In this document: piece after piece, positions 27,597 to 39,581 of the stretch
Position numbering within the stretch: the first letter of the stretch is position 1
How the letters are laid out: every line of letters begins with the position of its first letter
Assembly: GCF_009914755.1 (NCBI RefSeq)
Contig: NC_060934.1
Strand: one strand, 5' to 3'
Length of the DNA stretch: 64,000 nucleotides
Source: the human T2T-CHM13v2.0 reference genome, Homo sapiens
Notes under the pieces: model-generated
Database searches by the model: none
Told to the model about the DNA's origin: nothing
The model's input: only the letters and a program-made list of their open reading frames with translations
Position numbers and translations under genes: made by a program

Positions 27597-29538
27597 AACA
27601 GAAAAAAGAAGACCCTTGCTGAGCTTTACAAGCAACTCAGTCTTGTCTTCAAATATTCTTCATGAATTGAGATGGTGCCAGGTTGCTGTTTAATACCAAC
27701 AAGCGACAGAGGAAATTCTAAATAAGTTTAGTCACGTTGTAGAAATTTGCTTACGAAACACGAGACTGGAATCAAACTCCTTTAGGGCTTTTCCCCCTCA
27801 GTGGAAAGAGTGGATACCTTGTCACTGAACAACGTGATTTTCCCAGGTACAGTTTATTTACAGGCAACGCCACATCCTGCTTACACTTATGAATAGTTGG
27901 CAGCTGGCTTTAGTGAGGATGGATTGCAGGTGAGAGGAGGAACTTTGTTAAGGACCAGATGCTTCCCTGTTCTTTTGCCAGGTGCAAATCAAGCGCCACC
28001 TGGAAGAAATGTAATCATTTGAAATGTCTTTAAAAATAGTCACTCTCTGAATTTAAAATGTTAATTTAAAACAATTATGATGAGCAAAATAATTAGGAAA
28101 TACAGACTTCCTAAGTTAGGGAGCCAGGCTATTCAGACTATGATGATATTGAATTACTTATGTATCATGGATGAAGCAGCTAGATCTAAATGAACAAAAA
28201 TAAAAAAAAAGAGAAAACAGAAGATTAAAAAGATTAAAAAGAAAACAATTTGATGTGTCTTTATGGAAAGTTAAGCTCTGGCCAGAGCTAAGTTGGAGGT
28301 ACTGCTGTTTCTTTCTCTAAAAAAGTTTAATGTGTTCGATCCAGTTTTTTCATAGCATTAGAAAAACTCTTTTTGGGATTGTTACTTTTTTAAAAATTAA
28401 TATTCTTACTACTACTATATTTGAGGGAACTGAGCCATTTACGATTGTCAATTTCCAAATTTCTTCATGGATACAGATTCATTTCTGATTCATTGAACTG
28501 CAAACTTATTTTTTATAGGGAAGAACTGACCAAAAGCAAGCGATTTTTATATCTAGAAACTATTCCCCCCTTCTGTCTATTTCTCACCTATCACCACACA
28601 AATACGTCTTCCATGAACGCAAGCAAAATAACAAATAATATTAAACAAAAGGGATTCGTTTTTCTTTAATGTATGTCACTTAAAGGATTGTACTAGTTCA
28701 GAACTTGGCGAACTCATGCATAGAAGAGTGGTTGAAAAGTTTCACTTATAATAACACATTCAGAATAGATCATATGGCTATAATTATTTGTATGCTTTTC
28801 CAGGCACATTAACTAAGCTAAACTCAATACATCATTTCATGCATAATTAAAGATTTAAGATCAATGAAACTTACTCTCTTTATCTAGTTTCACCTAGGGA
28901 CCCGGCGAGGGAAAAAGCTTAGAAAACTTTTTAGACGTTATCTACTAGTAAGAACGGAAACCACTGTAATTCCTTGTCCCTGTGTTAAACAATACTGGGA
29001 CCAGCAAAAGGATCTTCCCTGATTTCTCCAGGAAGTACCTGCCCGTGAGAGCTAAGCCTAGGAACCAACCAACCAAGTCACTTCCTTCTCAACACCAGCA
29101 ACGGCTCCTGGAGGCTCCTGCCCGGAAGACGTCTGCTCTTCCTACCAACCTAAAGTTTCCTCATTAACTTTGCTCCATACAAGCCAGTTCTTGGCTCTCA
29201 TGCCTCCCGTCCCCGGCCCAAAACCTATGAACACCCCACACTAATTTTCTGCTCTTAGCTCTTGCCAGGCTGCAACCCCCACCTCTCTCCAGGGGGTCTC
29301 GTGAACCCAGCTCTGCCTCAGCAACGATCCTGCAAGGGACCATTTTGGGGACTTGAAGGTTGATGGAATTAATCATCAAGGTGTGCTCGAGACGCGCGGG
29401 GCGTGGTAAAAAGGGTCACTAGTGGCCCTTTCTTGCCCTTTCCCCTTAAACATATTTCTCTTTTACTTTGGGTAAAATAAATAGTTGAGACTTCTGTAAG
29501 AAAATAGGATCTTCTGACTGCCCGAGAAAGATCAATTT

Positions 29539-29831
<293 letters not shown>

Positions 29832-30281
29832 AGAAAGATCAATTTCTTTTCTTGGAAAGAGATGACATGGCACAATCTCCTGGGACAGGTTTTCATCCTA
29901 AATGATACATTTTGCCTGAACAAAATAAAACCACTCAAAACTACAAAGGAAATCTTCAGAGAATAATTTTCTGGACAACTGGAATAAGAAATAAATTTAG
30001 ACATAAGGCTCAGCTTGCTGCAGAGGAGTGGTGAGCATGAGGGCTGGCCAGGGCGCTGGACACGACCATTGAGACACACCAGTGTCCACCTCTAACCCTG
30101 ATTTCAGGAGGGTTCCGAGTTCGCTGGGACAAGCCATCCTCACTTTAAGGTGCCTTCTCATCTCAGGGTCTTTGTCTTCTGATGCTCCTGGGGCCAGGCT
30201 TCTCCCAGCTGTGGGTGGAAGGTGCACCCCATTAACCCACACACATAAAAGCGTATTGCTGCAGCTTAGGAGTCTCTGCTA

Positions 30282-30925
30282 TGACTCGGGAAATAAAATG
30301 GAATCTTGGGACCCCACACTCACTCTGCCAAAAAGAAAGTTACGCTTCAGAGCTGAGCCACGCAATACTGCTTTCCTTTTGTTCCTGGACACAGAGCTAC
30401 AATTCCACAGCCTCATCTCTAAGCCAGGTTCCCACAGTGACAGAAGGCCACATAGCTCCCTGATGGCCTCCCTCACAAACTGCTCACAACGAAATTCCTG
30501 GTGAACTCCTAAATCCCTCAGCCTTTCAGGATAGATATCCTCCTGTTTCTAGCCCTAAGACTGAGTTCTGTGGAATCTCACCCTGACAATGTCAATGACC
30601 AGCTCGTCTTCATAGGTAGAGGGCAAAGACTGGAACAAAAATCATCCCTCCACCCAACCCGAGGCGAATGCATCATTGGCCTTTTCCTGCACCCCTTCTC
30701 TTTGCACGTAAAATGTAGATTCACATCAAAGCCTCCAAGAACGTAACCATTTGCCTCATTGCTTACCCTCCCTCCTTTCTCTCCTGCTCTTTCCCCTTTA
30801 AATATCGAAGTTCCCCAAACGCTCTTTAGAAAAGTCGCAGGTGATGGACACTCATGTGACTTTTGGTTCTTTTCCCAGACGCATCGTCACACTCAGGCCA
30901 AACAAACCTCTCTCAATGGAGGTGT
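30282..30925 (+). mobile_element. ERV1 solo LTR (MER39-like)
   Basis: aatcttgggacccc..ctcact..gccaaa..aaagtta; tggcctccctcac; gtaaaatgtagattcac; ttcccctttaaatat. Confidence 0.65.
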
Positions 30926-32239
30926 CACTGTGGTGAACCCTCTCTAGGCACGTGTCCATCTGTCTGAACCTCTGGAGGTCTCCGCAGGAAGAACAGTGTG
31001 CACCCACATTTAAATTTCTTGCGAATACTTCCCATCTGCAAAATAGGATCTTCTGAAGCTTGCAGTTGCTGTCAATCTCCTGGCCCTAATGAGCTGCCAG
31101 GAGAAGAAGGAAAGGTCCCACTTGAGAGTGAAAACTTGGGGTCTCACAGCTTCTCTTTCTCTGATGAAACAATTGAGGCTTTTCTATGAAATTAAGCTTC
31201 TTTGCATTTTAATATATATTATAAGTTTTATTGATCACTAAAAACAATGAAAAAAAGAAAGTCAAGAAGCCCTGCTCAAGAACTGACAATGCCCCTCTTA
31301 GCCCTATCCTGGGAGAGGCTCACCTATGCAGAGGGAGGCCCCGCAGACCCCTTCTTCCTTCTCCACTTGGGGGTCCGCCGCTATGGCTTCCACGGTGCCC
31401 TCTGGTCTGGCCTCTTTGCTTTTACATTTTTCTGCCTGCCCCTCACTCCGGGAGCTAAAAATTAATTAGTTCTTAAATAACGAGGGCGGTAGCCACCTAC
31501 ATGAACCTCATGGGGAAGGCTTCTGTAAAATGAAGACCCATCCAGCAGCGAACGTAGTTTTTTCCTCATGTGTACATTTCTAAGTTTAACACTAGATTTG
31601 CTACAAGTGTGATGGAACAAATACTCAAAGGAACAAACATATTTAAAAAGGTACTTTTCAAAAGAAGACACTTATGCAGGCAACAATCATATGAAAAAAA
31701 GCTCAACATCACTGATCATTAGAGAAATGCAAATAAAAACTGTAATGAGGTACCATCTCACACAAGTCAGAATGGCTATTATTAAAAAGTCAAAAAATAA
31801 CAGATGCTGGTGAGGTTGTGGAGAAAAAGGAACACTTAAACACTGTGGGTGGGAGTGCAAATTAGCTCAACCATTGTGGAAAGCAGTGTGGTAATTCCTC
31901 AAAGAACCATTTGACCCAGCAATCTCATTATTAATTGTATACCCAAAGGAGTATAAATCATCTATCATAAAGACATACGCACGTGTATGTTCACTGCAGC
32001 ACTACTCACAATAGCAAGACATGGAATCAACATAAATGTCCATCAACGACAGACTGGATACGGAACATGTGGTACATATACACCATGGCATACTATGCAG
32101 CCCTAAACAAAACTGAGATCATGTCCTTTGCTGGGACATGGATGGAGCTGGAGCCATTCTCCTTAGCAAATTAACATGGGGTCAGAAAACCAAACACCTC
32201 ATGTTCTCACAAGTGAGAGCTAAATGGTGAGGACACAAG

Positions 32240-32530
32240 GGCCAGGCGCAGTGGCTTGTGCCTGTAATCTCAGCATTTTGGGAGGCCAAGGGGGGTGGAT
32301 CACCTGAGGTCAGGAGTTTGAGACCAGCCTGGCCAACATGGCCAAACCCCGTCTCTACTAAAAATACAAAATTAGCTGGGCGTGTGTCACATGCCTGTAA
32401 TCCCAGGTGCTCGGGAGGGTGAGGCAGGAGAATGACTTGAATCCAGGAGGCTGAGTTTGCACTGAGCCGGATTGGGCCATTATACTCCAGCCTGGGTGAC
32501 AAGATTGAACCTCTGTCTCAAAAAAAAAGA
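32240..32530 (+). mobile_element. Alu (AluS-like)
   Basis: ggccaggcgcagtggct...gtctcaaaaaaaaa. Confidence 0.95.
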
Positions 32531-32671
32531 ATGATGAAGCCACATGGACTCAGAGAGGGGAACAACACACACTGGGGTTGTTGGAGGGTGGAGGCGGGAG
32601 GAGGGAGAGGATCAGGAAAAATAACAAATGTGCATGAGGCTTAACACCTGGCTGACATAATCTGTGCAGCA

Positions 32672-33731
32672 AACCTGCCTGTGACCTGAGTTTACCTGCG
32701 TTACGAACCTGCCTGTGACCTGAGTTTACCTGTGTAGCAAACCTGCCTGTGACCTGAGTTTACCTGCGTAACAAACCTGCCTGTGACCTGAGTTTACCTG
32801 TGTAGCAAACCTGCCTGTGACCTGAGTTTACCTGTGTAACGAACCTGCCTGTGACCTGAGTTTACCTGTGTAACAAACCTGCCTGTGACCTGAGTTTACC
32901 TGTGTAACAAACCTGCCTGTGACCTGAGTTTACCTGTGTAACAAACCTGCCTGTGACCTCAGTTTACCTGTGTAACAAACCTGCCTGTGACCTGAGTTTA
33001 CCTGTGTAACAAACCTGCCTGTGACCTGAGTTTACCTGCGTAACAAACCTGCCTGTGACCTGAGTTTACCTGCGTTACGAACCTGCCTGTGACCTGAGTT
33101 TACCTGCGTTACAAACCTGCCTGTGACCTGAGTTTACCTGTGTAGCAAACCTGCCTGTGACCTGAGTTTACCTGTGTAGCAAACCTGCCTGTGACCTGAA
33201 TTTACCTGCGTAACGAACCTGCCTGTGACCTGAGTTTACCTGCGTAACGAACCTGCCTGTGACCTGAGTTTACCTGCGTTACGAACCTGCCTGTGACCTG
33301 AGTTTACCTGTGTAACGAACCTGCCTGTGACCTGAGTTTACCTGCGTAACGAACCTGCCTGTGACCTGAGTTTACCTGCGTTACGAACCTGCCTGTGACC
33401 TGAGTTTACCTGCGTAGCAAACCTGCCTGTGACCTGAGTTTACCTGTGTAACGAACCTGCCTGTGACCTGAGTTTACCTGTGTAACAAACCTGCCTGTGA
33501 CCTGAATTTACCTGTGTAGCAAACCTGCCTGTGACCTGAGTTTACCTGCGTAACAAACCTGCCTGTGACCTGAGTTTACCTGTGTAGCAAACCTGTCTGT
33601 GACCTGAGTTTACCTGTGTAGCAAACCTGCCTGTGACCTGAGTTTACCTGTGTAACGAACCTGCCTGTGACCTGAGTTTACCTGCGTTACGAACCTGCCT
33701 GTGACCTGAGTTTACCTGCGTAACAAACCTG
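32672..33731. repeat. 34-bp VNTR, 31 copies
   Basis: aacctgcctgtgacctgagtttacctgYgtWRcR; phase kept from 32672 to 33726 (31 x 34). Confidence 0.97.
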
Positions 33732-34509
33732 CACATGGACCCCTGAACTTAAAAGTTAAAAAAAACAATTTTATGTGCAATACCGTGACAGGTTTTGTGG
33801 CTAAATTTAAATGTTAATTTGGACATTATATATTCTGTTGTTTTTGATTGTCTACTCAGATGAGAAAAGTAGTCAACGCAATCAACTTCCTTAAAATCAG
33901 TATCTGCTGCACGCCAGGGACAGCAACAGAAGAAATCATTTCAGCAACAACGTGACACTTCGAACCTCCAGAAGAAGTGCCATATCAATGACATCATGAC
34001 AAACGCCCCAGACCGAATTATTTCTGTGTCAGAGTCACTCATTATGGCTCTGGCTCTTGCAGGTCATCTCCCATTTAGGAGAACTTGTCCTATTGTCTTC
34101 ATCAGAACACGTGTACTTGTCAGGCCTGCAGTCCTGATGTTTGGTTCAGAAAATATGGTCACTGTAATTATAGCCCTTCCCGGGTGAGGAAATGAGAATC
34201 TGACTCGTAATCCTTTTATCATTGACTTGGATGACTTATTTCTCACCAAATGAGAATGGAGAAATTTCAAGGGCAATTTATCTAATTCTTTCCCTGTGCA
34301 TATATATTTTTTTTTTTAAAGAAATTTGCCCTGGTCAGAAAAAGCACATTTTCCAGAGGGATTCTTTAATGATATTGATCTCTTGTGCATTACCTGGCCT
34401 CTGGTAGACCTTACATGATTGTCCCAATTAAGCTGCCAGGTGAGTTTCTTAATCTTTTTTTTTTCCTTTTTTTCTTGAAGCATCACAGATGATTTTAAAG
34501 TTGTTTTTA

Positions 34510-34804
<295 letters not shown>

Positions 34805-35289
34805 TTAGTTGTTAATTATTAAAAGTTGTTTTAATAATTACTTTGCCATCAGGTTCTATTTTCCCAAGCAAAATGCTCACGGTGTGTGTTCAGCTTCTCT
34901 GCCCCTCTTGGCAGGATATAGCCATTCCCCGCTCAGCCCTGCCCACTTCCCACCACCCCCAGGCCCCCTGAGCACCCAGCAGCAACCCTCAGCCAGAGCC
35001 TGCCTCGGCCACAGCTCAGGGCTCTGCCAGCTCCACTGTTGAAGCCCTTATGTCACCTGTGTGTGTGTTCTCTTGGCCAAGTGTCCCCAGCAAGCCTTTT
35101 AGTGAAAGAGAGCTTCAAGGGGAGAGGCAAAATAGTGGCAAAAAGCAAATTATTACAGCCTGTGACAAAAGGTACTCCACACAAGCCTCTACCTGCCGCC
35201 AGGGCTGCGTCCTAACCAAAGACAGCCAGGCAATGATGGTGACTTTCAGAATGGGATGAGGCTGGGGGCTTGAGAGTTGCCCAGTTAGG

Positions 35290-35680
35290 GCGTGTGCATG
35301 AGTGTAGTGTGCCTGTATGTGCCTGTGTGTATGTACATGAGTGTATGTGCCTGTGTGTATGTGCCTGTGTGTATGTACATGAGTGTATGTGCATGTGTGT
35401 ATGTGCCTGTGTGTATGTACATGAGTGTATGTGCCTGTGTGTATGTACATGAGTGTATGTGCCTGTGTGTATGTGTGCATGTGTGTGTGCCTGTGTGTAT
35501 GTGCATGACTGTATGTGCATGTGTGTATGTGCCTGTGTGTATGTATGCATGTGTGTGCATGTGTTTATGTGTGCACGTGTGTGCATGTGTATGTACATGT
35601 GTGTGTCTGTGTGTAGTGTGCATGTGTGTATGTACATGTGTGTATGCATGTGTATGTGAATGTATGTGCATGAGTGTAGG
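35290..35680. repeat. (TG/TA/CA) low-complexity tract with recurring tatgtgcctgtgtgtatgtacatgagtg subunits
   Basis: direct reading. Confidence 0.9.
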
Positions 35681-36479
35681 CATAGGCATTTATATACCAT
35701 TGTGAAGGAGATAACTGATAAATAGAAATGTTATTTAAAACAAGAAACAGCCTCAAAACACGTCCTCCACTCCGGATGCAGTAGGGAAAGTACGTTTCTG
35801 GGGTTGGGTGGGGTGGGACGCAGCTGGTGGGGCAGGTGGGATGTGTGTCCATTTAGGGATGCCTAAGTGAGCGGAGCATAGTAACCAGGGTCATGGTGGG
35901 TTTGTGGGCCATTGAGAAGGACGTGCTCTCCACGTGATGAGTGGGATTGGGGGCTGCAGCGGGGGCACAGGAAGTCAGCCCACGGTGCCTGGGTGGTGTG
36001 TGGGGGCAGATGCCTGTGGTGTTCAGCAGTGTTTCCTCTCTGGGGCGTTCACAGCATTTGGTGGAGGCCGTTATTCCAGCACTTGTCACACAGAATCCCT
36101 GCGTGTGGCCCTCGCTGATGAAGCTGCCTCCCGCCCTCCTGTGTCCCTGGTCCCTGCTCAGAAACCTCCGTGTGTCGTTGGCAAAGAGGAGCGTGTCCTG
36201 GTCCATGATGCAGATGCAGACACGGGTAGAAGAGGCAGCAGGTTTGATGCCGTCAGCTTTTCCGCTAAAGTGGTTAACCCGGGCTTAAGAAGCGCGCGTA
36301 TTCATCTCAGAATGAGAGTCTATTTACGTCTCATAAATAAAATACCTTCATTTTTTCTAGTGTGTACAACAAACAAAAGCTCTATTTTATTTTTCATAAT
36401 AGACCCAGACATGATTCTGTCTCAACTTGTGCTACTGAAAGGATTTCTGGCACAAGCGTAGCTTAAGATTCAACTTAAA

Positions 36480-38900
36480 TAGTTTGGGCCTTACTAAGAA
36501 CTTGTGCTCTTTGAAATGCACTAAGAATGAAAAGAAAAGCCACAGACAGGGAGAAAATATTTGCAAATCACACAGCCAATGCTGGACCAGTATCCAGAAT
36601 AGGGAAAGCACTCTCAAAATTCAAAATTAAGAGGATAAATAACCCAACAAAAAAATGGTAAAGGGATTTGAGCAGACACTTTGCCGAAGAAGACATATGA
36701 GAGACAGAAGAACACAAAGGACAGCCAGCACCATCAGTCATTAGGAAAGCGCAAACGCAAACCCCCATAAGACGCCTGGACACACCTGCGAGAGTGGCTG
36801 CAATAAAACAACCACAGAGAAGCTGATGACAGTGAATGCTGACAAGGATGTGGAGGGGCCAGGACCGCCACACACATGCGCTGGGGGCAGTCACAGCGGG
36901 CAGCGTGCTGGAGAAGAGGGTGGACACACACTCCCCCACACACGCGCGGGGGGCAGTCACAGCGGGCAGTGTGCCGGAGAAGAGGGTGGACACACACTCC
37001 CCCACACACGCGCTGGGGACAGTCACAGCGGGCAGTGCGCCGGAGAAGAGGGTGGACACACACTCCCCCACACACGCGCGGGGGGCAGTCACAGTGGGCA
37101 GCGTGCTGGAGAAGAGGGTGGACACACACTCCCCCACACACGCGCGGGGGGCAGTCACAGCGGGCAGTGCGCCGGAGAAGAGGGTGGACACACACTCCCC
37201 CACACACGCGCTGGGGGCAGTCACAGCGGGCAGCGTGCTGGAGAAGAGGGTGGACACACACTCCCCCACACACGCGCTGGGGGCAGTCACAGCAGGCAGC
37301 GCGCCGGAGAAGAGGGTGGACACACACTCCCCCACACACGCGCGGGGGCCAGTCACAGCGGGCAGCGCGCTGGAGAAGAGGGTGGACACACACTCCCCCA
37401 CACACGCGCGGGGGGCAGTCACAGTGGGCAGCGTGCTGGAGAAGAGGGTGGACACACACTCCCCCACACACGCGCGGGGGGCAGTCACAGCAGGCAGCGC
37501 GCCGGAGAAGAGGGTGGACACACACTCCCCCACACACGCGCGGGGGGCAGTCACAGTGGGCAGCGTGCTGGAGAAGACGGTGGACACACACTCCCCCGCA
37601 CACGCGCTGGGGGCAGTCACAGCGGGCAGCGCGCTGGAGAAGAGGGTGGACACACACTCCCCCACACACGCGCTGGGGACAGTCACAGCGGGCAGCGCGC
37701 TGGAGAAGAGGGTGGACACACACTCCCCCACACACGCGCTGGGGGCAGTCACAGCGGGCAGCGTGCTGGAGAAGAGGGTGGACACACACTCCCCCACACA
37801 CATGCGCTGGGGGCAGTCACAGCGGGCAGTGCGCTGGAGAAGAGGGTGGACACACACTCCCCCACACACGCGCGGGGGGCAGTCACAGTGGGCAGCGTGC
37901 TGGAGAAGAGGGTGGACACACACTCCCCCACACACGCGCGGGGGGCAGTCACAGCGGGCAGTGCGCCGGAGAAGAGGGTGGACACACACTCCCCCACACA
38001 CGCGCTGGGGACAGTCACAGCGGGCAGTGCGCCGGAGAAGAGGGTGGACACACACTCCCCCACACACGCGCGGGGGGCAGTCACAGTGGGCAGCGTGCTG
38101 GAGAAGAGGGTGGACACACACTCCCCCGCACACGCGCTGGGGGCAGTCACAGCAGGCAGTGCGCCGGAGAAGAGGGTGGACACACACTCCCCCACACACG
38201 CGCTGGGGACAGTCACAGCGGGCAGCGTGCTGGAGAAGAGGGTGGACACACACTCCCCCACACACGCGCTGGGGGCAGTCACAGCGGGCAGCGTGCTGGA
38301 GAAGAGGGTGGACACACACTCCCCCACACACGCACTGGGGGCAGTCACAGCGGGCAGTGCACTGGAGAAGAGGGTGGACACACACTCGGCGGAGGCCCCG
38401 GTGACACCAGCCTCAGTCACCTCCCGCAGGGTGAGGACGCTCACACCCCCTCCAAGACCCACACGGGACTGCCCACAGTGGCTTGGTTCATCGTCACCCT
38501 GAACTGGAAACAGTGACATGTTTTCCTATCAGGAGAATGGAGGAGTTAACACGGCTCCTCCCTGGGATGAAACACGACCCAGCCATGCCCAGGAAGGAGC
38601 TGCCGACAGTGAAACTCAAGACACGTCCTGCTCGGTGACAGGCACGGGCTCAGGCGACTGAGGACGGCTCCGTTTATGTGTCCTTCTCAAAATGGCAAAG
38701 TTACAGGGTCGGGAGGTGAAGCCATGGTCTGTAGAGGCTGGGGTGGGAACAGGAATGGGCCACAGAGGGTGCGAGAGGGTTCCAGGTGGTGGACCTATTT
38801 TACATTTGATGGTGCTTTTCAGCCATGTGTGCTTGTCAAAACCCAGCACCGTGCACCAAAGGACTGAATTTTCCTGTGTGTTAACGATACCTCAGTGAAA
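36480..38900 (+). mobile_element. Old L1M 3' region, GC-shifted, hosting the 66-bp VNTR
   Basis: gggagaaaatatttgcaaatca, gatttgagcagacactt..gaagacata, gctgacaaggatgtggag, aactggaaac, gtgtgcttgtcaaaaccca. Confidence 0.75.
36870..38386. repeat. 66-bp GC/CpG-rich VNTR, 23 copies
   Basis: gagaag recurs every 66 bp from 36911 to 38365, with one +2 shift near 37800; 22-aa period in ORFs. Confidence 0.97.
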
Positions 38901-39019
38901 CCTCAGCCAAGGTGAAGGAAGCAGCCAGGGCTTCTCTTAGTTGGAAAACATCGAAGGAGTGCTTGCAGCTGCCTGCCCCTCCGAGGCACCAGGGGGTCGG
39001 GGACGTCACTGTGTCCTCG

Positions 39020-39581
39020 GGGACCGTGACGACCGCAGTGCCGACACAGTGAGCCCCAGAATCGCCCTGTAGACCAGCTCACTCAAGCAAAGCTGCCTCT
39101 GGCAGGGCAATTCCCCTGTAGAGAGTGTGCCTTTTGACTTTACCTGTCCTCAGACTGACCTTTGCTCATGAGAATAGTGAAAAACGCAACTTGGGTGGAG
39201 GTTTAAGATGCTAATGAGGCACGTGATGTATGGACAAGCATGGACAGCTACTGCATGTGCACCCAGAGGGCCACCCAGAATGTGCGTACCAGCAACACCT
39301 CTCCCACCCCCGCCCGAAGAGTGGTGTGGGGCCCCCAGAGCTAGAGCCTCCCTCGGGCGGTCCTGGCTGACTCCCTCTCCATCAGCCGCGCTGACTCGTC
39401 TTTCAGAGTGTACTTTTGCTTTTGCATTTAGTTTGCAGAGGGTTCTTTCTCTGTTGCAATAAACTGCTTTCTACTTCTGTGTGTCTCTTTAAATTCTTAA
39501 CTGCTTTCTACTGCTGTGTGTCTCTTTAAATTCTTTTAAACTAAGAAGACAAGAACCGAAGGCTCTCAGTTGCCATCAACA
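39020..39581 (+). mobile_element. ERV1-type solo LTR with internal 37-bp duplication (39462-39535)
   Basis: gggtggaggtttaagatgctaatgag, AATAAA at 39458, ends gacaagaacc..tcaaca; 5' edge and family uncertain. Confidence 0.6.

Larger units (their letters stand above)
31655..33765 (+). mobile_element. L1 (L1PA13-16/L1PB-like) 3' end, split by an Alu and a 34-bp VNTR
   Basis: gaaaaaaagctcaacatcactgatcattagagaaatgc; gagaggatcaggaaaaataac; terminus aacctgcacatggacccctgaacttaaaagttaaaaaa. Confidence 0.92.

Noticed and set aside
36568-38519. Cys/His-rich ORFs resembling zinc-finger or metallothionein repeats
   Set aside because: Translation of a 66-bp VNTR inside an L1; no C2H2 spacing or linker, and five frames are equally open.
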